From a virus (lineage: Duplodnaviria > Caudoviricetes): a stretch of DNA of 64,000 nucleotides. The first letter of the stretch is position 1, and each line of letters opens with the position of its first letter. Below the pieces are notes generated by a model. That model was not told the DNA's origin. It saw nothing but the letters and a program-made list of their open reading frames with translations, and did not search any database. Of this stretch, positions 54,760 to 63,925 are shown one piece after another. The DNA is taken from positions 37,071 through 101,070 of IMG/VR virus record IMGVR_UViG_2889388703_000001; one strand, given 5' to 3'. Both the position numbers and the translations under genes were made by a program.

Positions 54760-55287
54760 ATGGACTTCAAATCACAAATAGCAACTACACGCGACCAGTC
54801 GGAAATACTTCTTTCGCTGGGGCTGAAACCGGAAACGGCCGACATGGTGTATCACTACACCAACAGCCGGGTAAAATCATGGGAATGGGAACTTCAAACA
54901 AAACCTCCCACATTGAGAGGGAAGTATTGGACACCGGAAAGAATCGCAAAACTAAAAAGCCCTTTCCATAAGCACCCGGACGGCACCCTGATGACCGGAG
55001 AGGAGATTTTCGACGCTCTCTGGGGAAAAGATGTTCCTGCATGGAGTCTGACACGTATTCAGAAGATAATGCCTAAAGATATAGTTTTAGGGAACAATCG
55101 TTGGGGATTGTTTATATCCACAGATGATATTGCCTATTTCTCATTCAATGAAGACAAGACGATAAATTATCTTACTGGATTTGATACGGGTGATGATGGA
55201 AGCATATTTAACGCGGCCATCGGAATGTTTGAATGGCTTATAGAAAACAATCACCTGAATAAAGAATACTTAAAAGAAAAACCATGA
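54760..55287 (+). CDS. hypothetical protein
   Basis: QIATT..QS..LL.LGL.PETADM, PAWSL. Confidence 0.65.
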   Translation: MDFKSQIATTRDQSEILLSLGLKPETADMVYHYTNSRVKSWEWELQTKPPTLRGKYWTPERIAKLKSPFHKHPDGTLMTGEEIFDALWGKDVPAWSLTRIQKIMPKDIVLGNNRWGLFISTDDIAYFSFNEDKTINYLTGFDTGDDGSIFNAAIGMFEWLIENNHLNKEYLKEKP

Positions 55288-55616
55288 AAAGAGAAGATAT
55301 AGAAAACGCAGCTAAAAAGGAGGCTGAAGAACTGGCATGCTTAGTTTATTACGGAGGAAGCGCAATTTCACAGGAAGATGTTGAGAATGCTTGTGTAAAT
55401 GTCGCAGAATGGAGAATAGACAGCGTGTGGCATGGTGTAAAAGAAGAGCCTAATTATGAAGAATATTTCCTTTATGAAAACGCTGTACATGCTTATCATG
55501 TCGATGGTATATACCCTTCCGAAGATGAACCTTTTGCATGGGATGATTATGTTAAAGATTGGGGACTTATAAGATGGGCTTACATAAAAGACTTAATACC
55601 TAATACGGAAAAATAA
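55284..55616 (+). CDS. hypothetical protein (DUF551-related)
   Basis: AEWRIDSVWH...EP, RWAYIKDLIP. Confidence 0.65.
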   Translation: MKREDIENAAKKEAEELACLVYYGGSAISQEDVENACVNVAEWRIDSVWHGVKEEPNYEEYFLYENAVHAYHVDGIYPSEDEPFAWDDYVKDWGLIRWAYIKDLIPNTEK

Positions 55617-55627
55617 AAATAACTGAT

Positions 55628-56008
55628 ATGAAAATATATGAGACACCTAATCCATTCTTTTTAAGCGACATATTTGTCTTTGCAGAAGTAGAGAAAATCG
55701 GGCTATGTTACATAAAAGTGAATTGTTTTAACAGAATCGAAGAAATTGGTTTTGATATTCAACGAAGAATGTGCCGGCCTATCGAAGACATTATGCAATA
55801 CGCTAAAAAAGCTGCAAAAATTCGCAGGCATATTTTCAACAGTATTGATATTGAATATTGGGGGAAAATCCGTAATCAACGGTTGCGGTCCGTGAAGACT
55901 CAAACATACATAGAAAATAATTCTGGAACCATTATAAGGAAAATACGGTTGGCCAGTTCATCGGGAGAAAAGATAAGGACAAAACGGAAATCTACGACGG
56001 AGACATAA
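55628..56008 (+). CDS. hypothetical protein with chimeric 3' end
   Basis: 3' end reads out of frame through a YopX remnant. Confidence 0.5.
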   Translation: MKIYETPNPFFLSDIFVFAEVEKIGLCYIKVNCFNRIEEIGFDIQRRMCRPIEDIMQYAKKAAKIRRHIFNSIDIEYWGKIRNQRLRSVKTQTYIENNSGTIIRKIRLASSSGEKIRTKRKSTTET

Positions 56009-56214
56009 TAACTGTCAACGTAGACTTTCCAAAATTGGTGAAATTTATCCCAGAGAGAGCAGCCTTTTGTATCGCCAATATTTGTGATTTGAACAATCAG
56101 GACCAATTGGATATTTGGATGCAACCTCCTATATCATGGTGGGAGAAAATGGATATAGATGTAATAGGTAATATTCACGATAACCCCGAACTTCTAAATA
56201 TAAATTTATTATGA
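55921..56214 (+). pseudogene. headless YopX-family 3' half
   Basis: TVGQFIGRKDKDKTEIYDGDI...VIGNIHDNPELL; no start codon before the conserved motifs; TGA overlaps the next ATG. Confidence 0.7.
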
Positions 56215-56861
56215 AAGCAATAGAAATATACGAAACAAATGATGGTAGCCGATTCGACAAAAAAGCAGAAGCTATTAAATATGAAGAACTGTGCGATAAA
56301 TGCAATTCGATAAATCTAAAACTCGGAATATTAGCACGTGACTTAGAATCAAATGAGTATATACAGCATGATCCGGAAGTCATAAAAAACACATTTAGAG
56401 AGTTTATGGGTATTGTAGCAGATTCAATACCTGATTATTCCAGCATGGCTATTGAATGTGGTAACGGGGAAAGGCACATGAGTCATATATATCGAGTCAT
56501 CTCTGATTATAACATTATATGCCTTAGCAATTTAATGTTTAGATTTTACTGTATCGACTTTAAAAATGGAAAAGAGTTTCAGCAACCTTACTTCACTTCA
56601 CATCAAGAAAAAGTGACAGTCAGAGTGAAATTAGACAACTGCGAAAACTTCTCCCCCACCTGCGCAACATGCAACAGCTATGGCGACGGGAAATGTACCA
56701 ATTTCGGGAAGGAAGTAAAAACGGAAAATTCCTGCAAATACTATCAGTCGGACGTGATTGAATATACCTGCCAGCAGTGCGGTCGTAAATACGAAATCAC
56801 TGATTCCGATGCTGGAAATCGTGAGAAATTTTGCTGCAAAGCATGTGAAAACGGATATTAA
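56211..56861 (+). CDS. Cys-rich modular hypothetical protein
   Basis: YETNDG..F, KEFQQPYF, CATC, CQQCG..FCCKAC. Confidence 0.65.
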   Translation: MKAIEIYETNDGSRFDKKAEAIKYEELCDKCNSINLKLGILARDLESNEYIQHDPEVIKNTFREFMGIVADSIPDYSSMAIECGNGERHMSHIYRVISDYNIICLSNLMFRFYCIDFKNGKEFQQPYFTSHQEKVTVRVKLDNCENFSPTCATCNSYGDGKCTNFGKEVKTENSCKYYQSDVIEYTCQQCGRKYEITDSDAGNREKFCCKACENGY

Positions 56862-56876
56862 TCAAAACTAAAAAAC

Positions 56877-56936
56877 ATGAGTAAAACCAAATTATATTAT
56901 CTGTTTTTGGCAGCCATGTATGTGGTGTTGTCGTAA
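56877..56936 (+). CDS. 19-aa hydrophobic peptide
   Basis: MSKTKLYYLFLAAMYVVLS with an A-rich leader; fills the intergenic gap. Confidence 0.4.
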   Translation: MSKTKLYYLFLAAMYVVLS

Positions 56937-56947
56937 CCTGTAACAAT

Positions 56948-57169
56948 ATGATTGAAATTATCAAAGAAGGGAAATACAAAAAGAAAATAGCGACCTGCCA
57001 GTTCTGCGGGTGCGAGTTTACTTTCGATAAAAGGGACGTGCAATCCAGGAGTGATGGGGAGTTCCCATTTACAAGAATAGAAAAAACATTGCTATATGTT
57101 TTGTGCCCCTGCTGTAATGCAGAGATAAGAGAGTGGAGTGATTACCAAGAAACCGAAAAACAGAAATAA
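56948..57169 (+). CDS. zinc-ribbon protein
   Basis: CQFCGCEF...CPCC. Confidence 0.7.
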   Translation: MIEIIKEGKYKKKIATCQFCGCEFTFDKRDVQSRSDGEFPFTRIEKTLLYVLCPCCNAEIREWSDYQETEKQK

Positions 57170-57189
57170 ATCCCCAAAACAACATTGCT

Positions 57190-57720
57190 ATGGAATTTAA
57201 ACATCAGAAAGACCTCGGTCCAGACGCCATTCAGAAATGGTGTGAGGAACTGGATGGGAAATCAAAAATAGAAATAAATGATACACAAAGGAAACTACTT
57301 TCCATTTTCAAAATGAATCATGAGATTGTTGGTAATTTCCTGAATGCACATAAAGAACTTTCTTCGCAGTCTGATTACACTTCTTTCATGATAAATCTTG
57401 TCGCTGAAAATTTTCCTTACAAGATAGATTATCCTTCAGCACTTATAATAAGTACACTTATAGACCGTCCGGCCATCGCCGTAATGTATGCCAATTACCT
57501 CCAGTATAAATGTTTCCAGTACGGAGTCAAGGAAATAAACATTGATGCACTGAAACATATATTACTTTGGGAAGGAGTATTCAGTGAAGAAGTCTTGCAT
57601 GAAATGTGGGACAAACAGAAATTTATATCCAGCGACAACCGGCTTCTTAACATGCTTGACTATCCTCAGTACAGAGAGTCTATCAGAAATATTAATACAG
57701 GCGATTATGACGAAAAATAA
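57190..57720 (+). CDS. hypothetical protein
   Basis: 176 aa; WDKQK....NMLD. Confidence 0.65.
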   Translation: MEFKHQKDLGPDAIQKWCEELDGKSKIEINDTQRKLLSIFKMNHEIVGNFLNAHKELSSQSDYTSFMINLVAENFPYKIDYPSALIISTLIDRPAIAVMYANYLQYKCFQYGVKEINIDALKHILLWEGVFSEEVLHEMWDKQKFISSDNRLLNMLDYPQYRESIRNINTGDYDEK

Positions 57721-57807
57721 ATCAAAAAGGAATTTCCAAAATCTGTCAAAAAGCCTGGTCAAAACTCGTAGCAAAGATTAAAAAACTACTGGAATAACAT
57801 ATTTACC

Positions 57808-58470
57808 ATGACCGCAAACGATTACTCAATAGAAAAATGTGTGTCTGAATACCTGAAACCGCTGGAAGAGAAAGGAGCCATATACAGAATACGAATTTAC
57901 CCTAATCTGAATAGGATACGTTTCCAATTGAAGGAGCTGATAAAAGGACTTCCAATAAAAGCAGAAATAAACAAAAAAGACAACTCAAACACAATCAAGT
58001 TTACTTTGTTCTTTTCTGCGATTAGTTACCAGGTTTCATACGATGAACTAAAAAATATACTCTATTTCATTACAGATGCTAAAGAACGGTTAGAAGGTGA
58101 AATGAAATGGGTGAAACAGTATGATGAAAAGAGCTATCGAGTTGTTCTTGAGGAAGGAAATGAATATATCACCAAATACTTAAAACCGCTAAAAGAAAAA
58201 GGTCTTATAAAGGACGTTCATGAAGACTGTGAGAGAGATATTTGGTTTACGCTGGTAGAAAACATAAATGGGAAAGAAATATCCGCGCATTTAAAACCAG
58301 GTAAAAATGAAGACTGCGTATTCTTTTATCCCACTACTGGATTTTGCAAATACAGGCCATTGTACAGGGCCGGACTTCTAAACCCGAAGAACGACCCGCA
58401 TTACACAGAGACAATTGAACAATATATCCTTCAAGGAATAAAGTATATAAAAGAACAATTTATCAAATAG
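57808..58470 (+). CDS. two-repeat protein, MTANDYS family copy 1
   Basis: YLKPL.EKG occurs twice; paralog of the next gene. Confidence 0.75.
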   Translation: MTANDYSIEKCVSEYLKPLEEKGAIYRIRIYPNLNRIRFQLKELIKGLPIKAEINKKDNSNTIKFTLFFSAISYQVSYDELKNILYFITDAKERLEGEMKWVKQYDEKSYRVVLEEGNEYITKYLKPLKEKGLIKDVHEDCERDIWFTLVENINGKEISAHLKPGKNEDCVFFYPTTGFCKYRPLYRAGLLNPKNDPHYTETIEQYILQGIKYIKEQFIK

Positions 58471-58480
58471 AAATAAGCCT

Positions 58481-59122
58481 ATGACCGCAAACGATTATTC
58501 AATAGAAAAATATGTGTCTGAATACCTGAAACCGCTGGAAGAGAAAGGAATTATCACAGACTTGCGGGTTATTCCATGCAGATGTCGTATCATGTTCAGA
58601 CTGAATGAGCCGTCACGAGAAAACTCAATGAAAGTCATTATCGAAACAGAGGCCGATGAAGACCATATCACATTTTTTAAGTCCGATGTGTCAGCAGAGG
58701 AAACATTTAGATCACCAGAACGGAGGTTTATTTATCAAAGACTGATGGCTGCAAATAAATCCCTTAATGATGAACTAAACAGGATGTCAGTAAACACCGA
58801 TTTATACATTACGAAATACCTGAAACCACTGGAAGAGAAAGGACTGATAAAGGACCTCGCAACGTGCAAGAATCATAGCGTCTGGTTTATGATAGTGAAA
58901 GACATTAAAGGCGTGAGCATTACCGTCAATTTGATTCCAGGAACGACAGTAGATACTGTTGCGTTTTTCCCTCTCCCTCTTGACATAGGTCGTTACGGAG
59001 TAGAAACAACATTTATCCCCAATCCGATAAATGATGACCACTACACGGAAAACCTTGAAAAACGTATTCAGGAATCAATGAATAAACTGAAAGAAATATT
59101 TGATAACCCACTACCGGAATAA
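58481..59122 (+). CDS. two-repeat protein, MTANDYS family copy 2
   Basis: YLKPLEEKG occurs twice; NP.ND.HYTE shared. Confidence 0.75.
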   Translation: MTANDYSIEKYVSEYLKPLEEKGIITDLRVIPCRCRIMFRLNEPSRENSMKVIIETEADEDHITFFKSDVSAEETFRSPERRFIYQRLMAANKSLNDELNRMSVNTDLYITKYLKPLEEKGLIKDLATCKNHSVWFMIVKDIKGVSITVNLIPGTTVDTVAFFPLPLDIGRYGVETTFIPNPINDDHYTENLEKRIQESMNKLKEIFDNPLPE

Positions 59123-59133
59123 AAATAAGTAGT

Positions 59134-59436
59134 ATGGACAATAAAGTTAAACCCAGAATAAGTGCAGTTATTACCGACTGCCTGAAGTGTCCGCACTCAA
59201 AAAGGTACGACTCTTCTCAAGGCTCAACCGGTTCAGTGCTTGTATGCAAAGAAAAAGAACAAATAATCATTAGTGATGATTATATTTATCACACAGATAA
59301 GATAAATATGAGTAACTTTATCCCGGAATGGTGCCCGCTGGATTGCTACACCGGAGAGAATGAAATTTACGGGCTTAAAGAAAAAGACCTACGTGATTCA
59401 CAATGTGAAGTACCTATGGTGAGATATAATAACTAG
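59134..59436 (+). CDS. Cys protein, IP.WCPLD family copy 1
   Basis: CLKCPH...C...IPEWCPLD. Confidence 0.7.
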   Translation: MDNKVKPRISAVITDCLKCPHSKRYDSSQGSTGSVLVCKEKEQIIISDDYIYHTDKINMSNFIPEWCPLDCYTGENEIYGLKEKDLRDSQCEVPMVRYNN

Positions 59437-59441
59437 AACCT

Positions 59442-59684
59442 ATGGCAGGGAAAAAGAAAATCAGCACAATTGTTTCGCATTGCGAACAATGCGTTTCCCA
59501 TCGGAAATACAACTTGGAAGGCGCTAGTTTTGGATATATTATTCTATGTTCACCCATGAATAGGGTGGTAAAACGAAACGACGTAACCAAATTTCTTGAT
59601 GTACAAATAGAAATCCCAGACTGGTGCCCGCTGGATGACTATCAGGGCGATAATAAAACCTATGATATTTTAGATACAGAATAA
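59442..59684 (+). CDS. Cys protein, IP.WCPLD family copy 2
   Basis: CEQCVSH...C...IPDWCPLD. Confidence 0.7.
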   Translation: MAGKKKISTIVSHCEQCVSHRKYNLEGASFGYIILCSPMNRVVKRNDVTKFLDVQIEIPDWCPLDDYQGDNKTYDILDTE

Positions 59685-59696
59685 AACGAATAAACC

Positions 59697-60179
59697 ATGA
59701 AAAAAGAATTTACAGAGGACCAGCTTGTATATATACGAGACATTTTCGCTCAGGAATGCGAGAAATATATAGATTTAGGCAAAAGAGATAATGCACAGGA
59801 AGCACTGGATATTGTAAACGTAGTACAGTCAAAATACGACTGTGACGAATACGCCGATCTGGAATCTTTTGTACTGGACGAAAGCGGGACTTATGGCTAC
59901 ATAGAAAAACGTGAATTGGAAGAAAGTGAAGAAAAAGCTGTCAGGCTGATGATTCAATTTGCCAAATCTTCGGAACAGGACCCATCTGAAGAACTGAAAG
60001 AAGCGGTAAATGAACATTTGTATTTAAACGATGCAAATCGAGGAAAAACAAAGCTGGATGTAGTAATGAATAGAAAAGTAAAGATAAACAGACTCATTAT
60101 TCTTTGCATAAATTCATGCGAGGAAAGCGAATTGATAAGACTTGATGACATAGCAGACTTGCTGGCCGAAAACATTTAA
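59697..60179 (+). CDS. acidic hypothetical protein
   Basis: 160 aa, Asp/Glu-rich. Confidence 0.65.
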   Translation: MKKEFTEDQLVYIRDIFAQECEKYIDLGKRDNAQEALDIVNVVQSKYDCDEYADLESFVLDESGTYGYIEKRELEESEEKAVRLMIQFAKSSEQDPSEELKEAVNEHLYLNDANRGKTKLDVVMNRKVKINRLIILCINSCEESELIRLDDIADLLAENI

Positions 60180-60191
60180 AACGAAAAAACC

Positions 60192-60929
60192 ATGGAAGAA
60201 AGAAAAATAAACTTTAAAAAGAACGATGATAATACTCCGGTTCTTGATCCGGACGGAACATTGCACGGAATGTTGTGTGTAAAAATGGAGACGTTGGTCA
60301 AAAATTTCTCATTATTGCTTTATTTGCTTCAAAAAGGGGAACTAAACGAAGGTACAAAAGAGTCAAGTGCAGAATTGTTTGAACAAAATTCTATAGAAAT
60401 TCTGAACAGCCTCGGATATGAAGGTGACATCAACAAAAAATACAATGAATACATCCAGGAAATACGCTCACTCAACCATGAGAACCTGGAACTAAGAAAA
60501 CAGCTTGGGATGAAAGTATCAAACGAGGATGCAAGAGAACGGCTAAAACTTATCTGTGAATCCTTCTATGAATGGTGGCACAATGAAGGAACCGGGAACA
60601 TAGAAAGCATTACATTCAATGAATACGGAATGACTGCCACTCTGAGAGGATATATCCATCCTTTCAGACATGTGAGAAAAGCAGAAGAGCAGGTGTCCAT
60701 GTTGAAACATAAAGGATTCGATGTATCTTCTTTAGTAAGATATGGACAACACCTTACTGCATCCGAAAAAAACTTCAATATGCTGAAAGAACTCTTTGAA
60801 AACTCTTTCCCACATTCTAATATTGACAAAATAAATACTACCACCTATCTGGGAAGTGAAAGCAAAGGAGAGTATATATACGTTATTAGCGAAATCATCG
60901 TTAATTTCAATAACCTTGACGACATTTAA
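60192..60929 (+). CDS. hypothetical protein
   Basis: 245 aa; EIRSLN.EN.ELRKQLG coiled coil. Confidence 0.65.
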   Translation: MEERKINFKKNDDNTPVLDPDGTLHGMLCVKMETLVKNFSLLLYLLQKGELNEGTKESSAELFEQNSIEILNSLGYEGDINKKYNEYIQEIRSLNHENLELRKQLGMKVSNEDARERLKLICESFYEWWHNEGTGNIESITFNEYGMTATLRGYIHPFRHVRKAEEQVSMLKHKGFDVSSLVRYGQHLTASEKNFNMLKELFENSFPHSNIDKINTTTYLGSESKGEYIYVISEIIVNFNNLDDI

Positions 60930-60940
60930 ATCACAGAGCC

Positions 60941-61360
60941 ATGACCGAACTGAATACTGAAAATGTAGACCGAATTTTCGCCGACTGCATGTTTCGCAGC
61001 CACGAAGAATACGAAGAATGTAAAGGGAAAAACCTCTATCTGTTTGTGAACTCCATTCAGAACCCTACAGTAAAAGTCGGATTCCATCCGGAACGCATCG
61101 AGGTGCACCGGCACGAGATACGCGAAATGCTTTCACAACTGCCCGACGGATTCTTTCCCGGCTCAGGCGATGGAGCCTCTTTCCTTCAGGCGTGTTCTAC
61201 CAAAGACGGGCAACTATGGACAGGATTCCATACAGAGGTAGAAAAGCTTTGCCTGCTTGGACTCGCTTCAAAACAGATGCGGATGCTTACACCAGACGCG
61301 GAGATATGGCCAATGCTACCAGGTGGAATGCCCTATCTGAGTGTGGAAATAGAACAGTAA
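60941..61360 (+). CDS. phage hypothetical protein
   Basis: GFHPERI...L.QLP..F....G.SFL.AC..KDG..WTG...LPGGMPY. Confidence 0.7.
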   Translation: MTELNTENVDRIFADCMFRSHEEYEECKGKNLYLFVNSIQNPTVKVGFHPERIEVHRHEIREMLSQLPDGFFPGSGDGASFLQACSTKDGQLWTGFHTEVEKLCLLGLASKQMRMLTPDAEIWPMLPGGMPYLSVEIEQ

Positions 61361-61399
61361 TTTTATACATTTATTTATACATAAAAATACAAACAGATT

Positions 61400-61714
61400 A
61401 TGAAAGATAAAATCTTAAAAGCAATCAACTTTATTTTCCCTATTTTCGTATGTGCTCAAATAGCCTTTTCTGTTTTTTCATATTTTAACGGGACTGAAAC
61501 AAGGGACTTGTTGTACAATTTTTTCATCTCTATTATATTGATGCTTTCTTTCATCATTGCACAGATAGCCAAGACATGCACCCAGTTCCTGATGATAAAG
61601 CGGATTGAACACAGATTGATTATCAATCTTTTAAACGCCATTCAAGGGAGCATAAGCCATGAAAAACAACCGGAAAATAAAGATTCAAAAAGCAAAGATG
61701 AAGAAAAATCGTAG
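61400..61714 (+). CDS. two-TM membrane protein
   Basis: Two hydrophobic helices, charged tail. Confidence 0.65.
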   Translation: MKDKILKAINFIFPIFVCAQIAFSVFSYFNGTETRDLLYNFFISIILMLSFIIAQIAKTCTQFLMIKRIEHRLIINLLNAIQGSISHEKQPENKDSKSKDEEKS

Positions 61715-61723
61715 TTATGCGAG

Positions 61724-61804
61724 TTCAGTGGCGTAGTATCGCCACCAAAAAATCTATTAAGCGCGACTGGAGTGGCGATACTACGCCACTGAAAAATCTA
61801 TTAA
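61724..61804. repeat. REP-like doublet (22-bp inverted pair)
   Basis: TTCAGTGGCGTAGTATCGCCAC (61724-61745) / GTGGCGATACTACGCCACTGAA (61772-61793); AAAAATCTATTAA after each arm. Confidence 0.75.
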
Positions 61805-61827
61805 TAAACACTTGAGCCAAAATCAAC

Positions 61828-61865
61828 AAAAATCCCGACAAATCAGACGTTTTGCCGGGATTTTT
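61828..61865. terminator. bidirectional terminator
   Basis: AAAAATCCCGACAAA...TTTGCCGGGATTTTT between convergent operons. Confidence 0.7.
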
Positions 61866-61905
61866 TCTGTGAATAAAACCAAAAAAAGAAGAAGAAAAAT
61901 GTATG

Positions 61906-63639
61906 TTATAGCGTGGATTCTGTCTCTTCTGTGCCGGTTGCGCTACGGTCGAGCGTGGTAAATGTCTGCTGACGGATGACTATTTCTCCGTGCTTGTCCC
62001 ATTTATTGAATGTATAGATATTCTTCAGGAACCGCAGATAAATGCGCTGCCGGGTAGAAAGCTGGTTTTGCTTGAGCAACTGCAATTCGCGCATGTAGGT
62101 ACCTCCGGTGCTTCCGCTATTCCCGGGTGTGCTTCCAATCAAAGAAGGGTGAACCCCTATGGCAAAGAACACCACGCTTGAGATTTCGGACAACTCCTCT
62201 TTTAAATCCCTGGAATTTGTCAGCTGCGGCACATCCACAATTTCCACCGCATGCTGCATCGTCTTTCCGTCAGGGCCTACAAACGAGTCCAGACAGATAG
62301 TTTTCCCGTTGTTCTCGCGGCGTTGAAGGAACTCATTCACCTTCTTATAGATACTGTCACGTACAGCTTGTTTCGCTTCGGTAGTATCCGCTCCCATTTC
62401 ATCGAACATCGCACGAAGGTATTCGTTGTTGATGAAAATCATTTTCCCCCACATGGTTGCATTTTGTCGGGCCATGGCCTTGTCGGTAATCAATGTCGTG
62501 GCGTAATCGTAGGTCATCGACGGGAAGATACTCCACCAGGCTGGCTGCGGGTAATAAGGTTTCAGCATTGAAGGGTAATAGCTGGGACAGCAGAACCAGG
62601 TGGTACGTTTCTTCGGAGGACGGTTCTTACTCTTTTCCACCTGACGGCGAAGCTCCGTAAGCATGTTTTCCGGCATCAGTGTGGGATAGGCCACTACATC
62701 CTTTCTTTCCAGCTTTGGCGTGGCATCCTTTCGCCACTTCTCCGCATAATACACGTAGTTTATGCGCATCCGTTCGTCCATTTCCTCCATGCGGCAGCAC
62801 ACCGCCGGAATGCTTCCCAGCTTCACAATCTTCGGGTCCCACTCTTCGTCCTTCCGTCCGATGCTTAGCCCGATGGTCGGGAAATAAATGTCCATGTGCG
62901 CGTCGTCTGTCATGCACTTCAGGTAGTGAAGTTCCAGATTGTTATTTTCACAGAACTTGTCCCATTCCTTGTCTGTCTCTTCCCAGGTGCGATAGTCTTC
63001 ACGAAGCTGCTTCAGCTCGTATTCCGGTGTTCCAACCTGTGCGGTATCTTTCTGATCCTCTCCGGGCACGGCCTGCGACCAGGTGATTGTGCCTCCCCCA
63101 CCCTGCTCTTCGCCGCTTTCTGCTTTCTGCTGGTCAATCTGTGCCTGAATCTCCATGATGCGGTTGCGAATCAGTAGTCCGGCATCCTTGAAGGGAATCA
63201 GCTCAGTCTTTACCGTACCGTTTACATAGCGTGACCAGCGGTACATGAGCTGTGGCCCGAGCCCTACCGTCAGGTCGATAATATATTTGATGGCGGTTGC
63301 CGTGTACGGCAGACTTCCAACCAGCTTGTAGATGGTATTCGGCAGCATGTTGCCAGGTCCCCATGGAATGTAACCCAGACCGGGTGTTCCGGCATTGCTG
63401 ACCGGCACCGGGTTTGACTGCCGGCTGTCGAAAATATCAAACGTGCCCTGAATGGGAAGTCCGCCGATGGCCCCTCCCCCTTTCATCATTTCCGAGGAAG
63501 ATACAGACGGGATTTCCGACACGCGGGCCATGCCGATATACTGGTATCCACGGTCTACGAGTGAAGTCACTTTTCCTCTGAACTCCTTTATTCCCGGGTT
63601 TGACTTCTTACGGTTTATATTTTTTGTGTTTGTCGCCAT
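61906..63639 (-). CDS. portal protein
   Basis: 577 aa; YIPWG..N.LP, YYPQPAW, GVHPSLIG..PG..G..GG...REL. Confidence 0.75.
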   Translation of the reverse strand: MATNTKNINRKKSNPGIKEFRGKVTSLVDRGYQYIGMARVSEIPSVSSSEMMKGGGAIGGLPIQGTFDIFDSRQSNPVPVSNAGTPGLGYIPWGPGNMLPNTIYKLVGSLPYTATAIKYIIDLTVGLGPQLMYRWSRYVNGTVKTELIPFKDAGLLIRNRIMEIQAQIDQQKAESGEEQGGGGTITWSQAVPGEDQKDTAQVGTPEYELKQLREDYRTWEETDKEWDKFCENNNLELHYLKCMTDDAHMDIYFPTIGLSIGRKDEEWDPKIVKLGSIPAVCCRMEEMDERMRINYVYYAEKWRKDATPKLERKDVVAYPTLMPENMLTELRRQVEKSKNRPPKKRTTWFCCPSYYPSMLKPYYPQPAWWSIFPSMTYDYATTLITDKAMARQNATMWGKMIFINNEYLRAMFDEMGADTTEAKQAVRDSIYKKVNEFLQRRENNGKTICLDSFVGPDGKTMQHAVEIVDVPQLTNSRDLKEELSEISSVVFFAIGVHPSLIGSTPGNSGSTGGTYMRELQLLKQNQLSTRQRIYLRFLKNIYTFNKWDKHGEIVIRQQTFTTLDRSATGTEETESTL

Positions 63640-63643
63640 ATAA

Positions 63644-63907
63644 CTACTTAACCAATATCTTTGTGTCGTTAATCTGCAGAATAAGTACGTCGTACACGTA
63701 ACGGAAATCTCCGTTTTGCATTACCAGTTTACGGTATCCCTTTTCTCGGTTGTACGAAACGGCACGCTGCACGTTGTAACATTCGCTTATCGTTCCGTCC
63801 TTACACACAAAACGTATGTCGAACGGCTTGTTTTTCCCGTCCGGAGTGCGGGCGTTCATCAGCTTGTACGCCTCCGTCCAGAGCAGACGTTTGGTCGGTT
63901 TCTTCAT
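63644..63907 (-). CDS. small late protein upstream of portal
   Basis: Start MKKPTKR; PFDIRFV.KDG; first gene after a late promoter. Confidence 0.6.
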   Translation of the reverse strand: MKKPTKRLLWTEAYKLMNARTPDGKNKPFDIRFVCKDGTISECYNVQRAVSYNREKGYRKLVMQNGDFRYVYDVLILQINDTKILVK

Positions 63908-63925
63908 CTTGCGTTTGTTTTGGTA

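Noticed and set aside
61724-61804. Mini CRISPR array
   Set aside because: The two units are inverted rather than direct, there is only one spacer-like gap, and no cas genes are present.
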